Shown piece after piece: positions 1 to 10,088 of a DNA stretch of 64,000 nucleotides. The stretch comes from Trueperaceae bacterium (GTDB lineage: Bacteria > Deinococcota > Deinococci > Deinococcales > Trueperaceae): contig CBDCDZ010000004.1 of the NCBI GenBank assembly GCA_965215565.1, forward strand, positions 2,944,001-3,008,000, written 5' to 3'. The notes below the pieces were generated by a model. The model was not told the origin of the DNA and did not search any database. It was given only the letters and a program-made list of their open reading frames with translations. Numbering within the stretch: the first letter of the stretch is position 1; the number at the start of each line of letters is the position of its first letter. The translations under genes were made by a program, and so were the position numbers.

Positions 1-16
1 TATTTTGGAACTGCTA
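1..16 (+). repeat. 3' end of a dispersed palindromic repeat (copy A, cut by window edge)
   Basis: TATTTTGGAACTGCTA matches the end of the copy at 8782-8913. Confidence 0.65.
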
Positions 17-106
17 CTGAGATGCTGCTCTTCCGCCCTAATGATAAAGCCCGCCACACAAGATGAAACACCTTGCCTATTTGCTCGCTTGCGGTATGCT
101 GCGCGG

Positions 107-1573
107 ATGAAATTCGCTCACCAGATCGCGCAAGAGGTTCGTGACGGGCGGGTCAGCGCGGAAGAGGTTGTAGACGAGGCGCTCTCAAGAGCTGAGCGCG
201 TGCAAGGCTCTCTCAATGCGTTTCTAACGGTTGCTCGTGACACGGCGCTCCAGAAGGCTCGAGCCCTAGACCAAAAGATCGTATCAGGTGAAACGCTCGG
301 ACCCCTTGCGGGCGTTCCTATCGCTGTTAAGGACAACATCTGCACGGCTGGGATTCGCACGACGGCGGGGTCCAAAAGTCTGGAAACTTTTGTGCCGCCT
401 TATAGCGCGACGGTGGTGGCGCGGCTCGAGGCGGCGGGCGCGATCGTCATCGCGAAGACCAACCTGGATGAATTTGGGATGGGGGGCTCGAGCGAAAATT
501 CGGCGTACGGGGCGATGAGGAACCCTTGGGACCCGTCGAGGGTCCCCGGCGGCTCTTCGGGCGGCTCCGCCATCGCCGTTTCAGCGGGCGTCGTGCCGCT
601 CGCGCTCGGCACAGATACGGGCGGCTCGGTGCGTCAGCCGGCAGCGTACACGGGGCTCATCGGCTTCAAACCGACGTATGGACGGCTGTCTCGCTACGGC
701 GTGGTGGCGTTCGCGAGTTCGCTCGATCAGATCGGGGTGCTGTGCCGCTCGTCTCAAGACCTAGCACTGACGATGGACGCGGCGAGCGGGCATGACCCCT
801 GCGACGCGACGAGCTTGGAGGCTGCGCCTGCATTTGTGAAGGGACTCGAGGCGCAAACCTCTTTAGAGGAACTCCGTATCGGCATCATTCAGGAGCTGTC
901 GGGGGAGGGCAACAGCGAGGGGATACGAGCGGCGTTAGCGCGCACCGCCGAGACGCTGACCTCTTTGGGTGCAACCGTCGGCGACGCCTCCATCCCCAAC
1001 GCGCAGCACGGCGTCGCTGCGTACTACCTCGTCGGACCCGCCGAGGCGTCCGCAAACCTAGCCCGCTTCGACGCGATGCTCTACAGCGCGCGTTCTGGCG
1101 AGAACCGCCTAGGTCAAGCCGAGGTCATGATGCGCTCGCGCGGCGAGTCCTTCGGACCCGAGGTGCGCCGCCGCATCCTGATGGGAACCTACGCGCTGTC
1201 AGCCGGTTATTACGACGCCTACTACGGTAAGGCGCTCAAGGTGCGCCAGCTCATCGCGGACGATTTCGCTCGCGCTTTTGGGGACTTCGATCTGCTTATG
1301 ACGCCGACGACGCCGAGCACCGCTTACGAGTTAGGCAAGAAGTCGGACGACCCGCTTGCCATGTACCTAGACGACATCGACACGGTCTTAGCGAATTTGG
1401 TGGGCGTCGGCGCGGTCAGTGTTCCTGCTGGCACAGTGGACGGTCTGCCTTGCGGCGTGCAGCTTTTTGCGCCGACACTGCACGATGAGAAGCTCGTGGC
1501 GGTGGTGGGAAGGCTCGAGCGCGCCGCTGACCGGTCCCTCGCACCCGTCGCGCCTGACTACGCCTCAGACTAA
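107..1573 (+). CDS. gatA: Asp-tRNA(Asn)/Glu-tRNA(Gln) amidotransferase subunit A
   Basis: Amidase signature GGSSGGS, GTDTGGSVRQPA, GPEVRRRILMGTYALSAGYYDAYY. ATG at 107 chosen because TATGCT lies 6 nt upstream. Confidence 0.97.
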   Translation: MKFAHQIAQEVRDGRVSAEEVVDEALSRAERVQGSLNAFLTVARDTALQKARALDQKIVSGETLGPLAGVPIAVKDNICTAGIRTTAGSKSLETFVPPYSATVVARLEAAGAIVIAKTNLDEFGMGGSSENSAYGAMRNPWDPSRVPGGSSGGSAIAVSAGVVPLALGTDTGGSVRQPAAYTGLIGFKPTYGRLSRYGVVAFASSLDQIGVLCRSSQDLALTMDAASGHDPCDATSLEAAPAFVKGLEAQTSLEELRIGIIQELSGEGNSEGIRAALARTAETLTSLGATVGDASIPNAQHGVAAYYLVGPAEASANLARFDAMLYSARSGENRLGQAEVMMRSRGESFGPEVRRRILMGTYALSAGYYDAYYGKALKVRQLIADDFARAFGDFDLLMTPTTPSTAYELGKKSDDPLAMYLDDIDTVLANLVGVGAVSVPAGTVDGLPCGVQLFAPTLHDEKLVAVVGRLERAADRSLAPVAPDYASD

Positions 1574-1819
1574 CCCCAGCCGCGCCGCCTTGACAACCGC
1601 CGCCGTCCGCCCCCGCACCCAGAGCTTACCGTAGATGCGGGTGAGGTGGGTGCTCACGGTGCGCGGTGAAATCTCGAGCAGCTTGGCCACGCGCTTGTTC
1701 GTCAGGCCCTCGGCGATGAGCCTGAGGACCTCTTGCTCGCGCGAAGTCAAGCTTTCGAGCGGCAGTGAAAAGGAAATAGGGGCGCGGGGGTAGAGGGTTT
1801 CGGACACGGGCTGAATCAT
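1565..1819 (-). CDS. Stand-alone LuxR/GerE-type HTH regulator (84 aa)
   Basis: LTSREQEVLRLIAEGLTNKRVAKLLEISPRTVSTHL; AAGGAG RBS before the ATG at 1819. Confidence 0.85.
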   Translation of the reverse strand: MIQPVSETLYPRAPISFSLPLESLTSREQEVLRLIAEGLTNKRVAKLLEISPRTVSTHLTRIYGKLWVRGRTAAVVKAARLGLV

Positions 1820-1949
1820 GCTTAGCTCCTTTGCGAGAACGTCGAGCGTCTGATGGGACGTGTCTAAGCGTAGCGAACCCAAGCCACTTTCACATCTGTC
1901 AATCAACTTACGTAGCTCCTCACAGACGCAAAAAAGGCGGGCTACGTAG

Positions 1950-2125
1950 GATGACGTAGAGGGGTTTACGTCACCGAAAGGGAGCGGTTTTAGGTCTCGG
2001 AAATAACCTCTTGGGTTCAAGCAGTCCCGCACCTGACAGGCGAGGTTGCGGCGACTCCCGGCTCGTCCGTGTCGTCTAATCCCAAATCTCTGAGGGCCGG
2101 TAAACGGTTTTTGCTAGCGGCGAAA
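1950..2125 (+). ncRNA. Candidate structured RNA, 6S (ssrS)-like rod
   Basis: Nested pairings: GGGAGCGGTTT/AAACGGTTTTT, GGTCTCGG/CTGAGGGCC, TTGGGTT/AATCCCAA, and apical AGTCCCGCACCT...AGGTTGCGGCGACT. G-U wobbles favour the + strand. No credible ORF. Confidence 0.4.
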
Positions 2126-2252
2126 ATTCTGTAGATTATGTCTAAGCTAGTCGAATAGCAGGGTGAGCCGCCTTGTGGCCGTTAGCTCCGCTAGGTCAAG
2201 CCGCTAATGCACAAGCGCGAGGCGCTGCCGCTCATGAGCCGCTGCGAGAAAT

Positions 2253-3182
2253 GTGGGTACGACTATGCACGACTTTCCTTATCTCACTCCCTACGTCAAC
2301 GAGATTTTCAGCCGTGAGAAGACGCGCTGGGACTACCGCTTTCTCCGCCCCGTTCTCATCGTGCTGTACTTCTTCTTACGCCTCGTCCTCGTGCCCTTTA
2401 AGTTCGTTTTTCACCGCAACGCCTGGGGCTTTGAGGACGGGCTCATCGACCGCGTGATTGCGTTCGGCATCGAGCGGTTTGCGGCGCGCGACGCGCTCGA
2501 GCTGCTCATCCGCCACGTGCAGATCGAGCCCCTGCTCTACCGCTACGTGCTCTCGGGGACGCCCGAGCGTATAGATGGGGTGGGCGAGCGGCTCAAAGGT
2601 ATCGATGGGGACTTCAGCGTCAACTCCGTTCAAGACGTCGTCGCCCACGGGCTCACCATCTGCCACGACGACCTCTCGTACGAGGTGATGGCGCGCTTCG
2701 ACAAGGGGGCGTTTTTAGAGAACCTCGAGTTCTACCGGAACAGCCGCCCCGAGAGCCTCGAGCAGTTTGGTAGGGGAGTGCTGGCGCAAAACCGCCAGCA
2801 CTCTCTACAGATTTTTGGGTGCACCAACGTGGTCATCTTCATCGTCATCACGATTTCGCTCTTCGGTGACCTCAAGACCGTGATCCGCGCCCTCAACTCC
2901 TTTCAGTCCGACGCCTTGCTGCTCTGGTGCCTCAAACACATCTGCGCGGAAGATGAGCGGGCGATGATCGACCTCGACTTCTACTTGCAGCCCAACAACC
3001 GCAGCCACTACAACAACAGCCCCTTTCTGTCCGACCCGAATGCGTACCTCTATAATCACATCGCTTTCGACGAGTTCGCTTACGAACTCCTCCGCAAGCA
3101 GTCGGGCGCACCGGTGGAGGCCGGTAAGGTGGAGGCTGTTGAGATGAGGGTTGGCGCTCAAAACCAGTTGGGCGTAGGATGA
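2253..3182 (+). CDS. Hypothetical membrane-associated protein, first gene of the ketosynthase operon
   Basis: 309-aa ORF with two hydrophobic segments; stop overlaps the next ATG (ATGA). Alternative start at 2265. Confidence 0.75.
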   Translation: MGTTMHDFPYLTPYVNEIFSREKTRWDYRFLRPVLIVLYFFLRLVLVPFKFVFHRNAWGFEDGLIDRVIAFGIERFAARDALELLIRHVQIEPLLYRYVLSGTPERIDGVGERLKGIDGDFSVNSVQDVVAHGLTICHDDLSYEVMARFDKGAFLENLEFYRNSRPESLEQFGRGVLAQNRQHSLQIFGCTNVVIFIVITISLFGDLKTVIRALNSFQSDALLLWCLKHICAEDERAMIDLDFYLQPNNRSHYNNSPFLSDPNAYLYNHIAFDEFAYELLRKQSGAPVEAGKVEAVEMRVGAQNQLGVG

Positions 3183-4264
3183 GCGGCTGCTACATCACCA
3201 GCACGGGCGCTTATCTGCCCGGCGACGCGGTGGACAACCACAACTTGGCGAAGTACTTGGGCAAGACGCTGGGCGAGGGGCGCGTCAAGGAGAAGATTCT
3301 CGCGGTCAACGGCATCGAGACGCGGCACTACGCCCTGGACGAGCAGCAGAACCCGACGCATTCCCTCTACGAACTTGCGGCGGCGGCGCTGGAAGCCTGC
3401 TTACCTCGTGGGAGGGCGCAGCACGTTGACTACCTGTCGGCGGGTACGACGCACGCGCCGCTGCTCGCACCCGGTCTTTCCTCGCTCGTGCACGACGAAC
3501 TGAGCAAACGAGGTACCCTAACACACCCTTTAGAGATCACCTCCAACTCGGGCATCTGCTCCTCGGGCGCGCAGGCTTTAGTCAACGCGAGCCGCGCCGT
3601 GAAAGCGGGCGAGGCGCAAGCGGCGCTCTGCGTCGGCGTCGAGCAACCTTCGGTGGGGCTCCGCGCGAAGGCGTTCCGCCCTACGTACGACCTCTTAGCG
3701 ATGTTAAAAGACCTCCGAACGTCCAAGTGGTTCATGTCCACCTTCCTCCGTTTCATGCTGTCCGATGGCGCAGGTGCGTGCCTGCTCGAGCCTCAGCCGA
3801 GCGAGGAGGGACGTTCGCTCAGGGTGGACTGGACCTATTCGCGCTCCTTTGCGAACGAAGCGCCGCTCTGTATGCAGCTCCCGAGCGAGCCGCCACTTAC
3901 GCTGCGCCAAGACGTCACCGCGCTGTCGCAGTACATGGCACCGCTCTCGAAACGGCTGCTCGAGGACGCCCTTAGCAGCCGTAACGCGCACCTCAGCGAC
4001 TACGCCGTCGTTTTGCCCCACATGTCCTCGTACTACTTCGAGCCCTCTGTTAAACAGATCATGAACGAGCTGTCGCCGGAGCGAGAGGTGCCCTACTGGA
4101 CGAACCTTAGGACTGCAGGCAACACCGGCGCAGCCAGCATCTACGTGATGCTCGACGAATACCTCAGAACCCACCCGGTAGAGGTGGGGGAGCGGCTGCT
4201 GCTCTTCGTCCCCGAGTCGGGTCAGTTCAACTACGTGCTCGTCAGCCTGACGGTGGCTTCGTGA
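3179..4264 (+). CDS. StlD/DarB-like beta-ketoacyl synthase (KAS III superfamily)
   Basis: Cys-His-Asn triad motifs NSGICSSG, LPHMSSYYF, GNTGAAS; also FLRFMLSDGAGA and VPESGQF. Confidence 0.85.
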   Translation: MSGCYITSTGAYLPGDAVDNHNLAKYLGKTLGEGRVKEKILAVNGIETRHYALDEQQNPTHSLYELAAAALEACLPRGRAQHVDYLSAGTTHAPLLAPGLSSLVHDELSKRGTLTHPLEITSNSGICSSGAQALVNASRAVKAGEAQAALCVGVEQPSVGLRAKAFRPTYDLLAMLKDLRTSKWFMSTFLRFMLSDGAGACLLEPQPSEEGRSLRVDWTYSRSFANEAPLCMQLPSEPPLTLRQDVTALSQYMAPLSKRLLEDALSSRNAHLSDYAVVLPHMSSYYFEPSVKQIMNELSPEREVPYWTNLRTAGNTGAASIYVMLDEYLRTHPVEVGERLLLFVPESGQFNYVLVSLTVAS

Positions 4265-4271
4265 GGTCCGT

Positions 4272-5846
4272 GTGAACATCGCCATCGTGGGGGCGGGCAG
4301 CAGCGGTCTCGTCACGCTGAAAACGCTGCTGGACACCTACCCGGCGGCGAACGTGGTCTGTTTCGAAAAGAGCGACGCTGTGCGCGGCTGTTGGGGCGAT
4401 CAGCGAGCGGACTTCGTCTCGACGTCGACGAAGTACACCACGCAGTTCTCCTGTTTTCGCAAGTGGCCCCTAGAGGAAGACGCGCAAAAGCGGTTCGGGG
4501 AGTTCTACCGCGGCGCTGAATTCGGCGACTACCTGGACGCCTTCGCGACTCATTTCGGGCTCAGGGCGCACATTCGCTTCGGGGTCACGTTGGAGCGCTT
4601 GGAGCGCACCGGCGACACGTGGACGCTCTCTCTGAGCGAAAACGGCGAAAAGACGCGCCGGCAGTTCGGCGCGGTCTTTCTCTGCACGGGGCTCGTCAAC
4701 CAGAAGCTGCCGCTCGAGTCCCCTCACGTCCCCCTCGCGCAGAGTCCCGAAAGGGTCCGAAATTCTACTGTCGTCGTCGTGGGTGGCGGCGAGTCCGCCA
4801 CCGACATCGCCAACTATCTCGCCAAGCCGGAGCACGGCAACACCGTCTTCCTCTCGCTGCGTTCGGGCGTGCGGGTGAGCCCCCGCTACCACCCGATCAG
4901 GGGCGTGCCCTCGGATTTCTTACGCAACAGGCTGCTGCTCTCTTTTAGCAAGCGGACCCGCAACCGCGTAGGCGAGCGCTTCGTCACCTTCCGCATCCGT
5001 TTCGAGCGGCTTCTGGCGCGGTGGTTTCCGCATGGAGCAGGCAACGCCACCGAACAGGCGAAGAGGTTGCGAAAAGCGTGGGACCTCAAGCTCAAGGCGA
5101 GGGCGAAAGGGGAGCTGTTCAACGTCTTTCATAATAAGAGCGACGATTTTCTGAACGCGGTAGAGGAGGGGCGGCTGAGCATCGTCGGCCCGCCGACAGA
5201 CCTGAGCTGGGATACGTACTTCGACTTCGACAAGACCACCACGCTGCGCGTCTCCCCCGATGTGCTAGTGCCCTCGGCGGGGTACTGTTCTCGCTTGTCG
5301 GAACTGTCTGGCGGTGCCCTCCACCTCAAAGATTTCTATCACGGCTGCGTCCATACGAGCCTGAGCAACCTCTTCCTCATCGGGTTCGCGCGCCCCGTTA
5401 TCGGCAACATCCCGTCGATCAGCGAGATGCAAGCGCGCTACGCCGTCGGCGTCTTGTCAGGTCAGTACCGCGTCCCAGAGGACGTAAAAAGGCGACATGG
5501 CGAAGCTTGGCGCTCCCTGTGCGAGGAATACAGCGCGCTCAACACGGATAACGTCTACCCAGTAGAGCAGTTCCCCTACTGCGACGTGTTGGCGAGAGAG
5601 ATGGGGGTGCTGCCGTCACTGCGCAACCTCCGCTCTTTCCCCCTCTGGTTGAAAATTAAGCTCGTCCCGGCGAGTACGGCGCACTACGTGGATGAGTATT
5701 TTGACGCGCAGATGCTCGAGCGGCAAAAGGTTTACACGCCTCTCGTGCTCGCCCTCCTCATGCTGGCGGCTCGCCCTCTGGCGCGGCTCGCACAATTTGT
5801 AAGGCGGCTCAAACCGGAACCCCCGGCGGCACAGCGCTCTAAATAG
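4272..5846 (+). CDS. Flavin-containing monooxygenase-like protein
   Basis: Two Rossmann motifs (IVGAGSSG; VVGGGESATDIA), LFLIGFARP, SEMQARY, hydrophobic C-terminus. Confidence 0.85.
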   Translation: MNIAIVGAGSSGLVTLKTLLDTYPAANVVCFEKSDAVRGCWGDQRADFVSTSTKYTTQFSCFRKWPLEEDAQKRFGEFYRGAEFGDYLDAFATHFGLRAHIRFGVTLERLERTGDTWTLSLSENGEKTRRQFGAVFLCTGLVNQKLPLESPHVPLAQSPERVRNSTVVVVGGGESATDIANYLAKPEHGNTVFLSLRSGVRVSPRYHPIRGVPSDFLRNRLLLSFSKRTRNRVGERFVTFRIRFERLLARWFPHGAGNATEQAKRLRKAWDLKLKARAKGELFNVFHNKSDDFLNAVEEGRLSIVGPPTDLSWDTYFDFDKTTTLRVSPDVLVPSAGYCSRLSELSGGALHLKDFYHGCVHTSLSNLFLIGFARPVIGNIPSISEMQARYAVGVLSGQYRVPEDVKRRHGEAWRSLCEEYSALNTDNVYPVEQFPYCDVLAREMGVLPSLRNLRSFPLWLKIKLVPASTAHYVDEYFDAQMLERQKVYTPLVLALLMLAARPLARLAQFVRRLKPEPPAAQRSK

Positions 5847-6195
5847 CGAGGCGCGCAAGCGTCTCCTGATACAGTGCGCGAGTCACCCTAAAAAGTTGTA
5901 TGAGTAGTTGGAATTACAATTCACGACGAATTCTCAGAAGGGCGTCCTCATCGGCTTTTCAGCGACGTACAAGTAGAAGTTAAAAACTGAAAAACGCAAG
6001 GTTATACGACTTTTAGGGGTATCTCCAGTGCGCGCTCGTCTTGCTAAATACCGCTCCGACTTGCTATAGTCTCCTCATCAAACGATAGTAGGCAACGGGG
6101 AACGGCAGCCATTTTTTCGTGTGACACTCAGCCGAGAGCGTCGCGCCGTCTGTCACCTCTTCTGGACCTACCGCCGTTTCGAGAGAAAGAGGTGA

Positions 6196-7491
6196 ATGAT
6201 GAGGTTGCTGTTAGCGCTTTTTTCCTTGAGTTTAGTTGTCGGGACGGTGCAGGCGCAGACGACGATTCGCTTTTCGGGGGGCGCGTCAGGTCCGGGGCTC
6301 GAGACCGAGCGCCAGCTCGCTCAGATGTACATGGAGCAAAACCCGGACGTTACGGTGGAGGTGCTGCCCGGTCCAGACTCTTCGGACGAGCGTTTTTCCC
6401 TATATCTTCAGCTCTTCGAGGCGCAGTCTGCCGATTTCGACGTGTTGCAGCTCGACATCATCTGGCCCGGTCAGCTCGCTGAGCACTTGGTGGACTTAAA
6501 CCAGTACGGCGACATTCAGAGTTCGACGGGCGAGTTTTTCCCGGCGATTGTCGAAGCGAACACGGTGGATGAGAAGCTCACCGCCATCCCTTGGTTTACC
6601 GACGCGGGCATCTTATATTACCGCACGGACCTCTTAGAGGAGTACGGTTTTGACGGTCCGCCCGAAACTTGGACCGAGTTAGAGGAGATGGCGACGACTA
6701 TCCAAGAGGGTGAGCGCCAGGAGAACCAGGACTTCAGCGCCTTCGTGTGGCAGGGTCAATCTTACGAGGGGCTCACCTGTGACGCGCTGGAGTGGATCAA
6801 CTCGGCGGGCGGTGGGCAGATCATCAGCCCCGAGCAGGTTATCACGGTCTTCAACCCTAACGCGGTGGAGATGATCAGCCGCGCTGCGAGCTGGGTCGGC
6901 AACATCTCGCCCACAGGTGTGACGGGCTTTGCTGAGGAGGACGCCCGCAACTTCTTCCAGGCGGGCAACGCCGCCTTTATGCGCAACTGGCCCTACGCCT
7001 ACAGCATCATGAACGCTGAGGACAGCCCCATTTCGGGCAACTTCGATGTGGTGCCGCTTCCCCACACCGAAGGTAACGACTCCGCCGCCGCGTTGGGCGG
7101 CTGGAACTTGGGCGTGTCGCGCTACAGCCAAAACCCCGAAGTCGCCGCCGACGTCGCCGCTTTTTTCGCCTCACCCGAAGCGCAGAAACTCCGCGCGATT
7201 GAGGGCAGCTTCATCCCAACGCGCCCCGCGCTATTCGAAGACCAAGAGGTCTTAGAGGCGCAGCCCTTCTTCGGACGCCTTTTAGATGTCTTTACGGGCG
7301 CGGTGGCGCGTCCCTCTGCGCCGACGGGCGATCAGTACAACGAGGTCTCGAGAGCCTTTTACACCGCCGTTCACAACGTGCTTACAGGCGAAGAAAACGC
7401 GGAAGTCGCGCTGGAAATTCTCTCGCTCGACCTTCAAGACATCACCGGCTTCGAAACGGGCGAGCCGCAGACGCAGACTTCGGCGCAGTAG
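6196..7491 (+). CDS. Sugar ABC transporter substrate-binding protein (trehalose/maltose type)
   Basis: Signal peptide; PWFTDAGILYYRTDLL, YEGLTCD, FMRNWPYA. Confidence 0.9.
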   Translation: MMRLLLALFSLSLVVGTVQAQTTIRFSGGASGPGLETERQLAQMYMEQNPDVTVEVLPGPDSSDERFSLYLQLFEAQSADFDVLQLDIIWPGQLAEHLVDLNQYGDIQSSTGEFFPAIVEANTVDEKLTAIPWFTDAGILYYRTDLLEEYGFDGPPETWTELEEMATTIQEGERQENQDFSAFVWQGQSYEGLTCDALEWINSAGGGQIISPEQVITVFNPNAVEMISRAASWVGNISPTGVTGFAEEDARNFFQAGNAAFMRNWPYAYSIMNAEDSPISGNFDVVPLPHTEGNDSAAALGGWNLGVSRYSQNPEVAADVAAFFASPEAQKLRAIEGSFIPTRPALFEDQEVLEAQPFFGRLLDVFTGAVARPSAPTGDQYNEVSRAFYTAVHNVLTGEENAEVALEILSLDLQDITGFETGEPQTQTSAQ

Positions 7492-7529
7492 CGCCTGGGT
7501 CAGACGCCCCCAACCTGCTATCCTGAGCC

Positions 7530-8492
7530 ATGAAAGCGATCCTCGTTCAGTCTGACCACTCGCTCGCCTGGCAAGAGACCCAAACGCCCGCGCCCCGCCC
7601 TGGTGAGGTGCTCATCGAGGTGCGGGCGGCGGGCGTCAACCGCGCTGACCTAGCGCAGCGTTCGGGCAACTATCCGCCGCCGCCAGGTGCGTCCGAGATT
7701 TTAGGTTTAGAAGTCGCGGGCGAAATCGCCGAGCTTGGCAGTAACGTCGCGAATTGGAATGTGGGAGACCGCGTCTGCGTCCTGCTCACGGGCGGCGGCT
7801 ACGCCGAACGGGTCACGGCTCCCGCCTCCCTGCTCATGCCGATTCCTAATGGCTGGAGTTTCGAAGAAGCCGGGGGGACGCCCGAGGTATTTTTCACAGC
7901 GTTTTTGAACCTCTTCCTCGAGGGCAATTTGCAAGGAGGCGAGACCGCCCTTATCCACGGCGGCGCGAGCGGCGTTGGCACGGCGGGCGTCCAACTCGCA
8001 AAAGCGGCAGGCTGCCGCGTCTTTACAACGGCGGGTACCGACGAAAAGGTGGAGGTCTGTTCAAAGCTAGGCGCAGACTTAGCGATAAACTACCGCGAAG
8101 AGGATTTTGCCGAGCGCGTCAAAGAGGTGGCGGAAGGCGTAGACGTCGTGCTCGATATGGTGGGCGCGGACTACTTAGCGCGCAACATCGCGCTGCTCAA
8201 CCTGAACGGACGCTTGGTTTTTATCGCCACGTTGAGCGGCAAAGAAGCTAACATCGACATCCGCAAGCTGATGGGCAAACGCCTCACGCTTAAAGGTTCG
8301 ACGCTGCGCAGCCGCCCGCTGGAGGAAAAGGTGCATATCAAAGAGAGGTTCATCGCGCAGTTCTGGTCCAAATTGGAAGCAGGCGAGATCAAGCCTGTCA
8401 TCCACGAAGTCTTCGATATTCAAGACGCAGAAAAAGCTCACGATGTGATGCGCGCAAATAGAAATATCGGCAAGCTGATTTTGAAGATATAA
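7530..8492 (+). CDS. NAD(P)H-quinone oxidoreductase, PIG3/zeta-crystallin family
   Basis: GVNRADL, YPPPPGASEILGLE, HGGASGVG, GSTLRSR. Confidence 0.93.
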   Translation: MKAILVQSDHSLAWQETQTPAPRPGEVLIEVRAAGVNRADLAQRSGNYPPPPGASEILGLEVAGEIAELGSNVANWNVGDRVCVLLTGGGYAERVTAPASLLMPIPNGWSFEEAGGTPEVFFTAFLNLFLEGNLQGGETALIHGGASGVGTAGVQLAKAAGCRVFTTAGTDEKVEVCSKLGADLAINYREEDFAERVKEVAEGVDVVLDMVGADYLARNIALLNLNGRLVFIATLSGKEANIDIRKLMGKRLTLKGSTLRSRPLEEKVHIKERFIAQFWSKLEAGEIKPVIHEVFDIQDAEKAHDVMRANRNIGKLILKI

Positions 8493-8508
8493 GAGGTGGA
8501 GTTGTGCC

Positions 8509-8612
8509 GCGCAGGTCTCATCACATAATGTGCGAGTTGAGACGTTGCCTTGTCCGCTAAGGACGTTTGTGACCAGATGAAGTCCAGCTAGCCTAACGGC
8601 TGAGACCTGCTA
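8509..8612 (-). repeat. Dispersed palindromic MITE-like repeat (copy B)
   Basis: GCAGGTCTCA...TGAGACCTGCTA ends; internal AATGTGCG matches the CGCACATT core of other copies. Confidence 0.65.
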
Positions 8613-8781
8613 TAAAGAACTTTGAGAGGGGTCTCCGCCGGGGGGGTAGCGGGGTAGCGGAGATGCCACCCTCAAAGCTGTGACAAGTATACACGATTTA
8701 GTCTCGCTTGACTACCCTTTTTGTGGCAGAACCATGAACATCGTTTCATCAACCTCGGCAGATGTGCTCGAACGTATAAAA

Positions 8782-8913
8782 TAGCAGGCATCATCTGGTT
8801 TGAGTGCGCGAAGCGATGCGAAGCAACACTCTCACTTTGGAGAGCGGTGTCCAGCACGCACATTCAGAGATGATACCTGCGCTCAACTGTCTCAGTATAT
8901 TTTGGAACTGCTG
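8782..8913 (+). repeat. Dispersed palindromic MITE-like repeat (copy C)
   Basis: TAGCAGGCATCATCTGGTTTGAG...AGCACGCACATT...GATGATACCTGC...CTCAGTATATTTTGGAACTGCT. Confidence 0.8.
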
Positions 8914-8996
8914 AAAGTAGGTTGTTTAAGGAGTTGTTTGAGAAGCGCACTGTATTTTTCGGTTCTCGCCTCCCCCGAGCCGCTATACTACGCAGT

Positions 8997-9722
8997 GTGC
9001 CCGTAATTCGCCCCTTTAGCCTCCTAGCTGACGTTTATGACGCCATCATGGACGATATTCATTACGAAGGCTGGACCGACTTTATTCTGCGTGAGGCTGA
9101 ACGAGTCGGTTGGCGCGGTCATAAGGTCTTGGATTTGGGCTGCGGCACGGGCAACTCGGCGTTTCCTTTTTTCTCGAGGGACTTTCACGTCACTGGGCTC
9201 GACGCCTCACCCGAGATGCTCCGCGTCGCCCGAGAGAAGCTGCCGCCCGTGCGCTTTGTAGAGGGCGACTTCACCTCTTTCGAGTTTGATGAGACGTTTG
9301 ACCTCGTAATTTCAGTTTTTGACTCGCTGAACAATTTGCTCGAGCCCCGCGACCTCTTACGCACCGCCGAGTGCGTCTACGCGCACCTTGCGCCGGGCGG
9401 TCTTTTTATCTTCGACGTAAACACCACGGTCGGCTTGCGCGACCTCTGGGAGAGTGGGCGCGCCGAAGGGTGGGTGGACGGCGTGCACTACAGTTGGGAC
9501 CACGCCTTCGACGAAGCTACAGGCATCGGTACTGTGACGGCGTTCTGCGAGCGGAACGGACGCGCCTTTGTCGAGGTGCATGTCGAGCGCGCGTACGACC
9601 CGCCAGAGCTTAGGGAGTTGCTTGCGCAAGCGGGATTTGGAGAGGTTAAAGTCATAACCTATCCGACGGGCAAGCCAGCAGACGAGGACGAGGAGCGGGT
9701 GTGGGTGGTGGCAAAGAGGTGA
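8997..9722 (+). CDS. Class I SAM-dependent methyltransferase
   Basis: VLDLGCGTG, GLDASPEML, FDSLNNL, LAPGGLFIFD. GTG at 8997 follows TATACT; the ORF track starts at 8922. Confidence 0.9.
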   Translation: MPVIRPFSLLADVYDAIMDDIHYEGWTDFILREAERVGWRGHKVLDLGCGTGNSAFPFFSRDFHVTGLDASPEMLRVAREKLPPVRFVEGDFTSFEFDETFDLVISVFDSLNNLLEPRDLLRTAECVYAHLAPGGLFIFDVNTTVGLRDLWESGRAEGWVDGVHYSWDHAFDEATGIGTVTAFCERNGRAFVEVHVERAYDPPELRELLAQAGFGEVKVITYPTGKPADEDEERVWVVAKR

Positions 9723-9881
9723 TTTTGGAGTATAGACCAAACTGATTTTTAGAAGTGATACGGTTTCCGGTTAAAAACGTTTCGTATTTAACTCGGGTGG
9801 AAAAGAGGCGAAGCACGCAGTGTTTTCCGGTTACAAAGTTTCCCATCCCGGAGGGAAACTTCGTAACGGAGTTTATGCAGT

Positions 9882-10006
9882 TAGCAAGTATCACCTTTTA
9901 ACGTACGTGTTGAATGATGTTCTTAAAAGTGAGGGCGTGCCTAATGGCGTACTTCGTCTCGGAAGGCCCGAGCTTGCAGAGCACTCAAACCAGAGGATAC
10001 CTGCTA
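9882..10006 (-). repeat. Dispersed palindromic MITE-like repeat (copy G)
   Basis: Ends GCACTCAAACCAGAGGATACCTGCTA, the reverse complement of the start of copy C; begins TAGCAAGTATCA. Confidence 0.75.
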
Positions 10007-10012
10007 ACTAAA

Positions 10013-10044
10013 AGAACCACCTTGCCTTCAAACAGGGTGGTTCT
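10013..10044 (-). terminator. Probable intrinsic terminator of the aminotransferase gene
   Basis: AGAACCAC...GTGGTTCT stem with a T-run on the minus strand. Confidence 0.55.
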
Positions 10045-10088
10045 AAATCATCCGATACGAATTTGTGACTAAACGTTAAGTATCCAGT

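Noticed and set aside
1950..2125. c-di-AMP (ydaO) or SAM riboswitch, or SRP RNA
   Set aside because: Only a short GTCCCGCACC-like word matches; the other conserved elements (GCTGAATCC/GGAACC, ATC-AGAG core, GGAAGGAAGCAG) are absent.
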